From a virus (Duplodnaviria > Heunggongvirae > Uroviricota > Caudoviricetes): 64,000 bases of DNA. Each line of letters starts with the position of its first letter. Position 1 is the stretch's first letter. Position numbers and translations under genes: made by a program. Where the stretch lies: the IMG/VR virus record IMGVR_UViG_3300018414_000006, positions 1 through 64,000 of that record. One strand, given 5' to 3'. The notes beneath the pieces are model-generated. The model had not been told where the DNA came from. It searched no databases and was given only the letters and a program-made list of their open reading frames with translations. Below are positions 17,577 to 26,739 of the stretch, in pieces.

Positions 17577-17602
17577 GTCTGAGTGTCTGAGTGTCTGAGT
17601 GC
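17577..17602 (+). repeat. 3 x 8-bp tandem repeat (GTCTGAGT)
   Basis: Read directly, immediately upstream of promoter module copy 3. Confidence 0.5.
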
Positions 17603-17636
17603 GAGTTTTGAACCTTCATATTTTTTGTTGCACAAA

Positions 17637-17763
17637 AACAACAGTGTTGCGTAATTGCAACACTGTTGTAAAAATACAACACACAGCAACAGAAAACTGT
17701 GTTATACTGTAAGTGTGGCAACAGGTAACAGCCACCACGTAATCTACCTAACGTAAGGGATTC
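17637..17763 (+). promoter_or_regulatory. Conserved promoter/operator module, copy 3, driving hexapeptide paralog A
   Basis: Near-identical to 9658-9799. Confidence 0.55.
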
Positions 17764-18489
17764 ATGATGGAAAAGAAATACGAACTTACCGAAGAAATCA
17801 AAATTGTTGATGGTGTAACCCTGCATCGCATTCGAGCTTTGAGAGATTTTGCAACTGTTAAAAAAGGAGATCTTGGCGGATGGATTGAAAAAGAGAAAAA
17901 TCTTTCGCATGATAGAAATTGCTGGATATATGACGATGCCTGCGTTATGAATGATGCTCGTGTTCTGCATGATGCTCAAATGTTTGACTATGCACAAATG
18001 CGGAATCATTCTATTATGTTTCAATACTCTTGTATGCATCAAAATTCTCAAATGCTTGGCAATTCTCAAATGCTTGGCAATTCTCAAATGCTTGGCAATT
18101 CTCAAATGTCTGGCAATGCACAGATACGCGACTCTGCACGTTTGAAGGATAATGCTAAAATGTCAGGTGATGCTTATCTGTCAGATCGTGCATGTGTGTC
18201 GGACGATGCACAAATGTCCGGCGATGTAGAACTGTTTTCTGAAGCGCATTTGGGAGGAAAGGGTCTGATTTCAAAATCAACGGATGTTGTGTGGTTTTCA
18301 ATAGGTTCAGAAATTAGCACCTTTACTGTCTACAAAGCACTAGGTGGTTTAGAAGTAACTCATAGGGGGTTTCAAGGAACTGATATTCAATTCTTGAATG
18401 CCATGAAAGAAAAACATGGACTAGATTCTAAACTCTGTAAAGAATATTCAATGTTGATCGATCTGGCTCGTTCAAAAATTCTAGGTTAA
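17764..18489 (+). CDS. Hexapeptide-repeat (left-handed beta-helix-like) protein, paralog A
   Basis: A 6-residue periodicity runs for about 17 turns (ARVLHD AQMFDY ... NSQMLG x3 NSQMSG NAQIRD SARLKD NAKMSG DAYLSD RACVSD DAQMSG). At the DNA level there is an 18-bp tandem repeat at about 18045-18116. The N- and C-termini are shared with 18991..19695. Confidence 0.65.
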   Translation: MMEKKYELTEEIKIVDGVTLHRIRALRDFATVKKGDLGGWIEKEKNLSHDRNCWIYDDACVMNDARVLHDAQMFDYAQMRNHSIMFQYSCMHQNSQMLGNSQMLGNSQMLGNSQMSGNAQIRDSARLKDNAKMSGDAYLSDRACVSDDAQMSGDVELFSEAHLGGKGLISKSTDVVWFSIGSEISTFTVYKALGGLEVTHRGFQGTDIQFLNAMKEKHGLDSKLCKEYSMLIDLARSKILG

Positions 18490-18499
18490 TCATTGTGAA

Positions 18500-18527
18500 G
18501 CACGACGACTGTTAACAGTCGTCGTGC
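18500..18527 (+). terminator. conserved hairpin GCACGACGACTG-ttaa-CAGTCGTCGTGC
   Basis: Perfect 12-bp stem just after the paralog A stop. There is no T-tract. The same CACGACGA core appears at 10398-10431. Confidence 0.45.
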
Positions 18528-18552
18528 TCATCCTCAACATAAAAAGATCATC

Positions 18553-18834
18553 ATGGAAAAATCAAAGATTTTCAATGAAAAATTCAGGTACAATGGTTTT
18601 GTCGTTGACACATGGAATCTAAAACCGGGACAGTGGATCGAGTACGAATTTTCTGGTGGTGTTCGAGAAGAAATGCTGATAACTGCTGTTGATAGCAACG
18701 TGCCTGCTGCTGGTTATATTTGCCCCGTCTATGTTGTTAAGTTTCCCGAAGAAACTGAAATGTTGAACTGGATTTCGACAACATTTGATACTGAATTGGT
18801 TCGAGTTATTTCAGAACTGACTGCACCGACATGA
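18553..18834 (+). CDS. hypothetical protein (93 aa)
   Basis: ORF. Confidence 0.45.
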   Translation: MEKSKIFNEKFRYNGFVVDTWNLKPGQWIEYEFSGGVREEMLITAVDSNVPAAGYICPVYVVKFPEETEMLNWISTTFDTELVRVISELTAPT

Positions 18835-18880
18835 GCATTTTCAAATTTTAATGTCTGATTTTAGAAATTGGTTCTAAGAA

Positions 18881-18905
18881 GGGAAAGCATGCTTTCCCTT
18901 TTTGG
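18881..18905 (+). terminator. rho-independent terminator (GGGAAAGCATGCTTTCCC + TTTTTGG)
   Basis: Perfect palindrome followed by a T-run. Confidence 0.65.
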
Positions 18906-18990
18906 CACGTTCAAGAATTCTAGGTTAATCATTTCTGTGATCTACACCAATTGTTAGTCGTGAATAAATTGCTAACATAACAGAGCTATC

Positions 18991-19695
18991 ATGAAAAAAT
19001 ACGAATTGACCAAAGAAACCAAAATTGTCAATGGTGTAGCACTGCATCGAATTCGAGCTTTGAAAGATTTTCAGGATGTTGAAAAAGGAGATCTGGGCGG
19101 ATGGATTGAAAAGGAAGAGAATCTTTCTCACGAAGGAAGTTGTTGGGTATATCACGAAGCTATCGTTATGAACGATGCTCGAATTCATAACGATGTACGT
19201 ATGTACCACAATTCTCATATCATGCATCATACTCAAATGTTTGATAATGCTTGTCTGTCAAGCTATGCTCTAATGTTTGATAATGCCAGTATGTTTCAGA
19301 ATTCTGAAATGTCAGGCAACGCAAAAATGTCAGGCAATGCTCAATTGTCCGGAAATGCTCAATTGTCCGGAAATGCTCAATTGTCCGAAAATGCTTTAAT
19401 GTCGGGCAATGCAAAAATGTGGGGCAATGTTCAAATTTCTGGAAATGCTCGCATAGCTGGAAATGGTCTTATTTCAATATCGTCAAATGTTGTGTGGTTT
19501 CCAGATGTGGATTCAGAAAACTCAACCCTGACAGTCTACAAAGCTAAAGATTGTATAGAAGTTACTCATAGCAAATTCACTGGAACTGATACAGAGTTTC
19601 TTAAAGCTATTTCAGAAAAACATGATCTAGATTCTAAACTCGGTAAAGAATATTTAGAGTTGATCGATGTAGCACGTTCAAGAATTCTGGGCTAA
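18991..19695 (+). CDS. Hexapeptide-repeat (beta-helix-like) protein, paralog B
   Basis: The N-terminus MKKYELTKETKIVNGVALHRIRALKDF... parallels paralog A. Repeats GNAQLS x3 and GNAKMS correspond to an 18-bp tandem DNA repeat at about 19318-19392. It ends ...ARSRILG*. Confidence 0.65.
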   Translation: MKKYELTKETKIVNGVALHRIRALKDFQDVEKGDLGGWIEKEENLSHEGSCWVYHEAIVMNDARIHNDVRMYHNSHIMHHTQMFDNACLSSYALMFDNASMFQNSEMSGNAKMSGNAQLSGNAQLSGNAQLSENALMSGNAKMWGNVQISGNARIAGNGLISISSNVVWFPDVDSENSTLTVYKAKDCIEVTHSKFTGTDTEFLKAISEKHDLDSKLGKEYLELIDVARSRILG

Positions 19696-19760
19696 TCATT
19701 TCTGTGATCTACAACAATTGTTAGTCGTGAATAAATTCCTAACGTAAGGAAAAAATAAAC

Positions 19761-19895
19761 ATGAATTTTCTAAATCAATTTCGTGATATTGCAGGTGTTT
19801 ATAGTTTGTCTGCAATTCAATTCCTTAAAACTGATCAAAAAATGGAAATGTTCTGTTTATCGTGGGGGAAAACGCATAGGAACAGCTTCGGGTGA
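19761..19895 (+). CDS. small hypothetical protein (44 aa) behind the conserved CCTAACGTAAGGA leader; the alternative is the GTG-start ORF 19783..19965 in another frame
   Basis: ATG 19 nt after cctaacgtaagga, the same spacing and leader as other early genes. Confidence 0.3.
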   Translation: MNFLNQFRDIAGVYSLSAIQFLKTDQKMEMFCLSWGKTHRNSFG

Positions 19896-20046
19896 GTGTT
19901 CATCACGAGCAGACAATAGCTATATTGATTGTACGGAATCAATTCTGCAAATTTCCATTAGTTGATCACATCAGTATATCAAAAAACAAAACAAATAGTG
20001 GATGGATACAAGGTTAAGAAAAACAATCCACACCCTGTTGTTTTGA

Positions 20047-21009
20047 ATGGAATGTGGATTTAAACTAGTTCAACTGAAAGGAATGACAATGAAAATGAGA
20101 ATGAGATCGATCATCTGGAATGAGGAAGAAAAACGTAAGGTAGCAAGAGCTTCGTGGCGTATTCTTAAAGAACCCGGAAGTCGTGGGTACAAACTTACTG
20201 CACTTCTTTGCGGAATGAAAGAAGTATTGCCTGCGAACAAATGGCGTAACATTCGTGCCATTCAAAGCGTTCCATATATACAGGATTATTGGAATGAATT
20301 TGAGAAACAGGAAAAAGACAAGTTGTCTAAATCGAATCCGGCCGATCAATGTGAAATTGCACCGATACCTGATTCAATTACTGTTCAACCTGAAGTTACT
20401 TCATCTGTATCACCTGATAGCTACTCGAACGAATCATCAAAAGTTGAAAGTTCTAGTTGGCCACCAGCAATCATTCCCGGTAAATTACCAAGGGAAGACG
20501 AAAAGCATGTTTCTACACGATCCTTACTTGATGAAATTTCTTCAGAACTTCTGGCACAAGAACTTTTAAGTAGAGTCATAACTGCGTTGAGTCCTGATTC
20601 AATTCGAAAGATTGTTCGTGAGGAAATCAATTCAGTTCTGACTCAACGTTTCGCAGGAAGCATGTTTGAGTCAATTCTAGCTCCTGAAGAAACAGTAAAA
20701 CCATTACCAAAAGATAAACATGCCGAAACATCCCGCCTTCTCAAAATATGTGTAATCGGACTTCTTCCCGGACAAATTTCTATTCTGAAAAAAGAATATG
20801 AAAGTCTGGTAGATTTCCATTTCCTTGAAGGCAAGGAAGGACATAAACGTATCAAAAATACCGCTGAATTGATGGATCATACGTTCAAAACAATCTGGTG
20901 TAAGGGTAATCTGTCAGGTTTGAAATTGCCTAACTGTACACATGCAAACAGTATGGATAGCATACGTGTAATTTTGCGTTCAAAGTTTTCACTTGATCGT
21001 ATCAATTAA
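20047..21009 (+). CDS. hypothetical protein (about 310-320 aa; the start may be the ATG at 20089)
   Basis: ORF with several in-frame Met codons after AAAGGA. Confidence 0.45.
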   Translation: MECGFKLVQLKGMTMKMRMRSIIWNEEEKRKVARASWRILKEPGSRGYKLTALLCGMKEVLPANKWRNIRAIQSVPYIQDYWNEFEKQEKDKLSKSNPADQCEIAPIPDSITVQPEVTSSVSPDSYSNESSKVESSSWPPAIIPGKLPREDEKHVSTRSLLDEISSELLAQELLSRVITALSPDSIRKIVREEINSVLTQRFAGSMFESILAPEETVKPLPKDKHAETSRLLKICVIGLLPGQISILKKEYESLVDFHFLEGKEGHKRIKNTAELMDHTFKTIWCKGNLSGLKLPNCTHANSMDSIRVILRSKFSLDRIN

Positions 21010-21047
21010 CAGGATGAAATAATGAAATACAAAGTTGGTATAGTTCA

Positions 21048-21644
21048 ATGAATCTATTCTGGCTTCATTTGAATACTCGCATCAGTGCAGAATTTGCATG
21101 TGATCAGCACATTGTAAAAATGCCCACTGAACATGCACAAATGATGCAAACAGTAATGCACCATCTTGGCTTTGAAACATTGATGAAGCCTATAGGCATG
21201 AGCAAATTGCTTTTGCAATGGGTCTATGCAGATTACGGTAATTTTCTCTACCTGCTTGACTTGACATACAGGTACGTTGCAGAATATCGAACACGTTACA
21301 GCAAAAATGAGCATGGTGCATGGCGTTCTATGCAACAAGTGATAAAACAGGCAGGAGGATTACCTGCAATACAGCAAGCCTATTTTCAAAAAGATCGAGC
21401 CATATTTGAAAAATATTCAACAATTGGAAAAAATGGAAAACCTTCTCAATTGTGGAAATTCTGCACACTGCCGCCCCTATACATGAATGACGAATACAAA
21501 AATGAGTTTGTGATAACAGGTCAACATGAAATAGATATGAAAAGTGTGGTATCATGCTATCAAAAATTCTACCGTAACGAAAAAATAGCCTTTGCACGAT
21601 ATAGATATACAAATTCACCGTTTTTTATGAAAGGTGCAAAATGA
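21048..21644 (+). CDS. hypothetical protein (198 aa)
   Basis: ORF. Confidence 0.45.
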   Translation: MNLFWLHLNTRISAEFACDQHIVKMPTEHAQMMQTVMHHLGFETLMKPIGMSKLLLQWVYADYGNFLYLLDLTYRYVAEYRTRYSKNEHGAWRSMQQVIKQAGGLPAIQQAYFQKDRAIFEKYSTIGKNGKPSQLWKFCTLPPLYMNDEYKNEFVITGQHEIDMKSVVSCYQKFYRNEKIAFARYRYTNSPFFMKGAK

Positions 21645-21838
21645 TACTTGAATGAAAACGAAATTGTTAAAGTGTTCCTCTAAATTCTGATGAGGTGTTC
21701 TGCCCGATGAATTGAGTGCAGCAAAAACAATTCAAGCTATAACCAAACCTTATGCAGGAAAAATCATGATCATTCTTTATTCAGAATATTTCTAGAATAG
21801 AATAAAGTAAATATAGTTGAAAATAACGGAGAAATCTC

Positions 21839-23776
21839 ATGACTTTGGCCGAACAGAAACGACTGTACAAAAAAGCAAAAACTGCTTATTACAATTCCAA
21901 TGAAACTTTATTGTCAGATGCAGAATTTGACAAACTTGAAAATGCTATTCGTCAACAAGATCCGGATTGGGCTGAACTGAAAAAAACTGGTGTTCGTGCT
22001 GGAAAAAATGAAGTGCCTCTGTTGCATCCTGCACCGTCTTTGAACAAAATTTACCCCGAGGGTCTTTCCAGGTTTTATGGCAAGTATTTGCAAATTCGTC
22101 GATGGATCATTATGGATAAGCTTGATGGCACTAGCCTACAGTTAGTGTACAAAAAAGGAATTCCAGTAAAACTTATCACGCGCGGTGATGGTATAACAGG
22201 GCGTGACGTTAGTCACTTTATTCCCTTTCTTGTAAAAGCAGGAAAACTGCCAAGTATATCAGCTACAGCTAGAGATTCTGCAATTATAGTTTTTCGGCTT
22301 GAAGCTTTGATACCGCAATCGATATTCAACAAAAAATACAGTAAAGAAACTTTAGGCGACAAGGGAATGGAAAATGGTCGTAACATGGTGAACGGTCTTT
22401 TCAATCAGAAAAAAGCTGATCCTGCCTTGTCAGATGTTTCTCTGGTAGTGTTAGGTGTTTATGATAAAAATATTGAAGAGGGACTGCTGTTTGCAAAACA
22501 GTCAGGTTTTGAAACAGTAAAGTATCACACGATTATTCAAAACAGCATTGTTGCAAAGCAGGAAGATTTACTTATTTCAAATCATAAGAACATGCTTCAA
22601 GATAGACGTAAGGAATCTTGCTATGAAATGGATGGTCTGGTGCTCACTCCTGCCCAGTTCATGATGGAATTCAAGAATGCAGACAAGCCCAAACAAATGA
22701 TTGCATTCAAAGTAAATGAAGACGCTAATGCAATAGCAGTCACTGTGAAGGAAGTGAAATGGCAAAAAACACGTCAGCTTCGTTGGCAGCCCAAGATCAT
22801 TATTGAACCAACGCATATGGATGGTGTGACGGTTACTAACGTAACAGCACACAATCCGGCATGGATGAAAGAAAGAGGCATTGGGCCAGGAGCGATTGTA
22901 AAAGTGTTACGTTCAGGTGGGGTTATTCCCAAGATTGTGCATGTTGTCAAGAAAGCAAAATTCCAGAATCCTCCGGGTGAATTTTCAATCGAAGGACGTT
23001 ACTTTTTAATGTTAAACGAAGACAGAACTACAAGAATTAGAAGTATTCATCATTTCATGGCAACCCTTGGTATAGAACTTTTGGCAGAAAAAACATTGTC
23101 CAGATTGTATGATGTGAATATGAAGAGTATTCATGATTACCTGAATCTTTTTGAAAAATCCCGTTGTACAACAGCAAAAAATAAGAAGGAACCTGCGTTC
23201 CTTCAAACGGCAAAAAATGCCGGGCTTGGAACAAAACAGACTTTCAATATTTGGGAAGAACTGAAACGTGTTTTGATGAACCCCATTTCTTTGAAAAAAT
23301 TCATGGTTGCTTGTGGCTGTTTTGATGGTGGTATTGGTGAACGAAAACTCACGCAACTGGAAGATGCGGGATTCACTATGAAACAGCTTTTGTCCACTTA
23401 TAACCTAGAGGAAACAAGAAACAGCATTCTCAAAGTGAAAGGGTTCAATGAAAAAACAGAAAAAAAACTGTTCAAGGGATTGGAACGATTCACAAATGCC
23501 TTTGGCAAACTGGTACAATCAAACAGTTTTGACTTTGTGAATACTGCTAAAAAGAAACAGGGTTTGTTGAATGGAATTCATGTTTCTTGGACAGGTTATC
23601 GTAATGAGGATCAGGAAGCAATTGTAGAAACTAATGGGGGCAATGTCGTACCCTTCAGTAGTAAAACAACAGTGTTGCTTTATCATAAAGACGGCAAAAA
23701 ATCAGACAAGATTGAAAAAGCTGGAAACAGGGCAAAGACCTGGAATGAATTTTTACAAATCTTCAAACTTGATTAA
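21839..23776 (+). CDS. ligA: NAD-dependent DNA ligase (LigA family)
   Basis: The N-terminal Ia-domain pattern YYNSNETLLSDAEFDKLENAIRQ matches LigA YY.lD.P.isDaEYDrL. The adenylation motif I is IMDKLDGTSLQLVY (KxDG without the following Arg, as in LigA KLDGLAVSL). A C-terminal BRCT-like segment is present (GIHVSWTGYRNEDQEAIVETNGGNVVPFSSKTTVLLYHKDGKKSDKIEKA). Confidence 0.8.
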   Translation: MTLAEQKRLYKKAKTAYYNSNETLLSDAEFDKLENAIRQQDPDWAELKKTGVRAGKNEVPLLHPAPSLNKIYPEGLSRFYGKYLQIRRWIIMDKLDGTSLQLVYKKGIPVKLITRGDGITGRDVSHFIPFLVKAGKLPSISATARDSAIIVFRLEALIPQSIFNKKYSKETLGDKGMENGRNMVNGLFNQKKADPALSDVSLVVLGVYDKNIEEGLLFAKQSGFETVKYHTIIQNSIVAKQEDLLISNHKNMLQDRRKESCYEMDGLVLTPAQFMMEFKNADKPKQMIAFKVNEDANAIAVTVKEVKWQKTRQLRWQPKIIIEPTHMDGVTVTNVTAHNPAWMKERGIGPGAIVKVLRSGGVIPKIVHVVKKAKFQNPPGEFSIEGRYFLMLNEDRTTRIRSIHHFMATLGIELLAEKTLSRLYDVNMKSIHDYLNLFEKSRCTTAKNKKEPAFLQTAKNAGLGTKQTFNIWEELKRVLMNPISLKKFMVACGCFDGGIGERKLTQLEDAGFTMKQLLSTYNLEETRNSILKVKGFNEKTEKKLFKGLERFTNAFGKLVQSNSFDFVNTAKKKQGLLNGIHVSWTGYRNEDQEAIVETNGGNVVPFSSKTTVLLYHKDGKKSDKIEKAGNRAKTWNEFLQIFKLD

Positions 23777-23817
23777 TTGCCAAAATTCTTCACAACTGAC
23801 TTGCAAAGGAAAGTGAA

Positions 23818-24171
23818 ATGCTATCCAAAAGAATTCTTGAACTGTTGATTAACAATCGTCGATTCACGGTGCAGCAAATTGCACTATCTCTTGACCATGA
23901 ATACGATAAAGTATTGGAAACTGTGAAAAATCTTTATGCAGAAAACAGATTGTATATTGCAGCCTGGAGAAGTTTTCCTGAATTTTCTTTGCCTGTTCCA
24001 GCTTATGCAAGAGGAGATAAGGAAGATGCTATTCATCCAGACAATATCGAAGATCCTCGAATGTCACATAAGCGAATTTTTCGTTCTGCACGTGAAGTAA
24101 ATATGCCTGTATTTCGTCATTGGCAAGACATTGCTCTTTTTGGAGAACCATCCTCAGGAATTTACAGATGA
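23818..24171 (+). CDS. hypothetical protein (117 aa)
   Basis: ORF with ribosome-binding site AAGGAAAGTGAAATG. Confidence 0.45.
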   Translation: MLSKRILELLINNRRFTVQQIALSLDHEYDKVLETVKNLYAENRLYIAAWRSFPEFSLPVPAYARGDKEDAIHPDNIEDPRMSHKRIFRSAREVNMPVFRHWQDIALFGEPSSGIYR

Positions 24172-24404
24172 AAATTCTCATTTATAATAGTTTGAATTTT
24201 GCAATCAAGTGGGTTCTTGGTCCGTTTGTAGGTCTGATATATAGCTTATTATTTCTGTGCCCACTGCTTTATGATCTGTTTCCCGGAAATGATCTCTATC
24301 AGGTGTCCTGTTATATGCTTTCTGTAGTGATATTGGACTTGCCTGTTATATTGTCAGTCATGTATTTTGTGAATGGAATATATGTGATTCTGAAGAAAAA
24401 ATGA
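24168..24404 (+). CDS. small hydrophobic membrane protein (78 aa)
   Basis: ATGA overlap with the upstream gene. Two predicted transmembrane stretches (WVLGPFVGLIYSLLFLCPLLY; SVVILDLPVILSVMYFVNGIYVIL). Confidence 0.4.
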   Translation: MKILIYNSLNFAIKWVLGPFVGLIYSLLFLCPLLYDLFPGNDLYQVSCYMLSVVILDLPVILSVMYFVNGIYVILKKK

Positions 24405-24643
24405 ATTCACAAAAAGTTTGTGTTTCAGTTGGAGTAGAAATCATGTTAGCGAGAGTTCTTTTTCTACTGTGTGTTCTTGCAATCTGTATTTTTGGTTTTT
24501 TGAAGTTTTATCTATCACTTCTTGCCAAAGAGAAAAAATATCTAACAAAAAGTATTGGTAGCAATATGCTACTTTTGTTAGTTGCACTGTTTTGTTCAAT
24601 AGTATTTTTAAGTATTTTAACCGCAGCCGATCTGTTTTCTTAA
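24401..24643 (+). CDS. small hydrophobic membrane protein (80 aa)
   Basis: ATGA overlap. Transmembrane stretches LARVLFLLCVLAICIFGFL and LLLLVALFCSIVFLSIL. Confidence 0.4.
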   Translation: MNSQKVCVSVGVEIMLARVLFLLCVLAICIFGFLKFYLSLLAKEKKYLTKSIGSNMLLLLVALFCSIVFLSILTAADLFS

Positions 24644-24655
24644 AAGGAACTCTTC

Positions 24656-25435
24656 ATGAAACATACTCTTATTGCTTTGTGCTGTATCAGTGTAGTTGCC
24701 TGTGGCAAAATCGAAACGGGCAATCTTGGCCTTCGTACCGAATTCAATGGACATGTCACGTCAATACCTGTACCTGAGGGGTTTTATACTTCATTCACTT
24801 CTCATGTAAATGAATTCTCAATGAAGGAAATTCCTGTCAATCTGGATAATCTTACACCAAAAGCAAAAGATAATCTTCTGCTACAGGAACTCGATGTAAC
24901 CGTGTACTATAAAGTAACACCAGAAAAATTGTACAGTCTATGGACAAAATATACTGGACAGACAGTAGAGAATCCAGACAATAGCGCCATTTTATGGCCA
25001 ATGTATGGACTGGTAAAAAGTGTTTCGCAATCAGAAATTGCAAATGCAGTATCAACTATTGAATCAATGACCATTCATACAAAACGGGAAGAACTGGAAA
25101 AACAGGTTCGCGCAGCAGTTCAGGCAAATCTGGATGCCAGTGATCCTGGCGCGTTCACTGTTACACGTGTTGTTGTGCGTGGTATTAAAACTGATCCTTC
25201 TGTTGAAAATGCAATTCGACAGGTCGTGGCAAAGAATAAGGAACTTGAAGCAGCTACGCTTGATGTAAAAATTGCACAGCAACGCGCTGAAGCCAATGCT
25301 AAAACTGCACAAACTCTAACACCTGAATTTCTTCAACATGAATACTACGGAGTTCTGCGTGACTTTGCGCAGCATGGGGGAACATTGATTCTTGATGGTT
25401 CTGCCAGTAACAAAATTCTCAACGTACAAAAGTAG
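24656..25435 (+). CDS. SPFH/band-7 (prohibitin/HflKC-like) domain lipoprotein
   Basis: Signal peptide plus lipobox MKHTLIALCCISVVAC|G. The Ala/Glu/Gln-rich helical segment ELEAATLDVKIAQQRAEANAKTAQ is typical of SPFH C-terminal regions. Confidence 0.5.
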   Translation: MKHTLIALCCISVVACGKIETGNLGLRTEFNGHVTSIPVPEGFYTSFTSHVNEFSMKEIPVNLDNLTPKAKDNLLLQELDVTVYYKVTPEKLYSLWTKYTGQTVENPDNSAILWPMYGLVKSVSQSEIANAVSTIESMTIHTKREELEKQVRAAVQANLDASDPGAFTVTRVVVRGIKTDPSVENAIRQVVAKNKELEAATLDVKIAQQRAEANAKTAQTLTPEFLQHEYYGVLRDFAQHGGTLILDGSASNKILNVQK

Positions 25436-25587
25436 ATTATGCTGACCTTTATTGAAAACAACTGGAAAGAAATTCTTCTCGCATGGTGCATCATTGCAGC
25501 ACTTGGGGGCGGTCTATTCAGTGTGCTACGTACCGACGATAAACGAAACAGCGGTGAAAAAGATCTGGATTGAGGTGTAATCCTATT

Positions 25588-25672
25588 GTTGCACAAAAAC
25601 AACGGTGTTGTACAAAAACAACGGTGTTGTACAAAAACAACGGTGTTGTTTCAAAATATGTGCTACAATAAG
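25588..25672 (+). promoter_or_regulatory. Promoter module variant: TTGCAC followed by 3 x a 19-21-bp direct repeat (ACAAAAACAACGGTGTTGT) and an extended -10 TGcTACAAT
   Basis: Read directly. It shares the TTGCACAAAAACAAC(A/G)GTGTTG core with modules 1-3. TACAAT sits at 25664-25669. Confidence 0.5.
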
Positions 25673-25698
25673 GTATGCAGCATACACCGGAGAGAAAA

Positions 25699-26025
25699 AT
25701 GGCAATTCGATATTTTAGTGATACAGAAGAGGGTGCTGTTCTGCTTGAAGCAGTACACGGAATGTGCAACAAATTGTTTGCAGAAAAATTTCCCGGAATC
25801 AAGGGACTGCGGGATGACACTTTTTCAAAGTGGGTCGGCTACTCGACAAAAGACAAACGCATTTTGCCGGCAACACGCAAAATTGAATATAAGACAAAGC
25901 CCAGTCTACACGAATGCAATGCAAAATGTTTGAATGGACGTCACAATGGCATCTGCGAATGCCGGTGCGGTGGTGAAAATCATGGCAAAGGAATGTTCAC
26001 AAAGCTGCTTGATATAAACTCTTGA
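25699..26025 (+). CDS. hypothetical protein with a Cys-rich C-terminus (CNAKCLNGRHNGICECRCGGENHGKGM)
   Basis: Start at the ATG after the conserved leader CACCGGAGAGAAAAATG. Confidence 0.45.
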   Translation: MAIRYFSDTEEGAVLLEAVHGMCNKLFAEKFPGIKGLRDDTFSKWVGYSTKDKRILPATRKIEYKTKPSLHECNAKCLNGRHNGICECRCGGENHGKGMFTKLLDINS

Positions 26026-26085
26026 CACTGTTGTTAATACACACATGGGTTGCACACAACGCAGCCCGCCAACCGGAGAGAGAAA

Positions 26086-26292
26086 ATGATCACAATCAAC
26101 ATTGAGCATAGCACAAGTGCAGCCGCACGCGAACGCATCGAACAGTATCTTGAGCGAGAGTTTGCATACGACCCGAATTTGAATGGCGCAACGTATCAAA
26201 TATGCAGTGATGATTTTTGTTGTGTTGACGGTGCTGACGAAATTATTGGTTGTCAGCTTTTGAGGGGTGTTCAAAACGCAATTTTTGGCTAA
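26086..26292 (+). CDS. hypothetical small protein (68 aa)
   Basis: Start at the ATG after the leader CAACCGGAGAGAGAAAATG. Confidence 0.4.
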   Translation: MITINIEHSTSAAARERIEQYLEREFAYDPNLNGATYQICSDDFCCVDGADEIIGCQLLRGVQNAIFG

Positions 26293-26332
26293 AAATACCG
26301 GGCCGCCGAAGCGGCCCCAACCGGAGAGAAAA

Positions 26333-26704
26333 ATGAACGTCACATTCGCAATTCAAATGTACGAGCGCGGCGGTAATGATTCAACCCCGATCATGATCGG
26401 CGACCTGAACTATGTAGTTGAACGGTTCTACAATGAGTTGATAATCGTTACATCGACGAAAAAATGGAAAAGTGGACATGATGGTTGCATCCGAGCCGGT
26501 CTGGAGATTATCCCAATGATGGATGGTCATGAAGTTTTTCATGAAACCTATGCTGGCGAAAAAATCTCTATGCGTTGCGGTATTGATGAAATTCGATGGG
26601 CCGACTTTCGCATTGAATCCAGACTTGCAGAACTGACTCAAGCCATTCGGGATGAGCACAATCACAAAAAACTTAATGAAATTGCGCGCACAGCAGCGCA
26701 ATAA
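26333..26704 (+). CDS. hypothetical protein (123 aa)
   Basis: Start at the ATG after the leader CAACCGGAGAGAAAAATG, which is preceded by the GC hairpin GGGCCGC-cgaa-GCGGCCC. Confidence 0.45.
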   Translation: MNVTFAIQMYERGGNDSTPIMIGDLNYVVERFYNELIIVTSTKKWKSGHDGCIRAGLEIIPMMDGHEVFHETYAGEKISMRCGIDEIRWADFRIESRLAELTQAIRDEHNHKKLNEIARTAAQ

Positions 26705-26706
26705 CG

Positions 26707-26739
26707 TTGATCGTGCCCGATTGGATCGGGCACGATCAA
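26707..26739 (+). terminator. very strong hairpin (15-bp perfect stem TTGATCGTGCCCGAT-tgg-ATCGGGCACGATCAA) 3 nt after the stop; no U-tract
   Basis: Read directly. The region is GC-rich in an AT-rich genome. Confidence 0.45.

Noticed and set aside
17419-18105. 228-aa minus-strand ORF with AKHLRI repeats
   Set aside because: It is the mirror image of the 18-bp tandem repeats inside hexapeptide paralog A. It has no start context, and the plus-strand gene is supported by paralogy.
17764-19695. Diversity-generating retroelement (template/variable repeats) explanation for the variable hexapeptide paralogs
   Set aside because: There is no reverse-transcriptase gene and no adenine-specific mismatch pattern between copies. 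Simple tandem-repeat slippage explains the variation.
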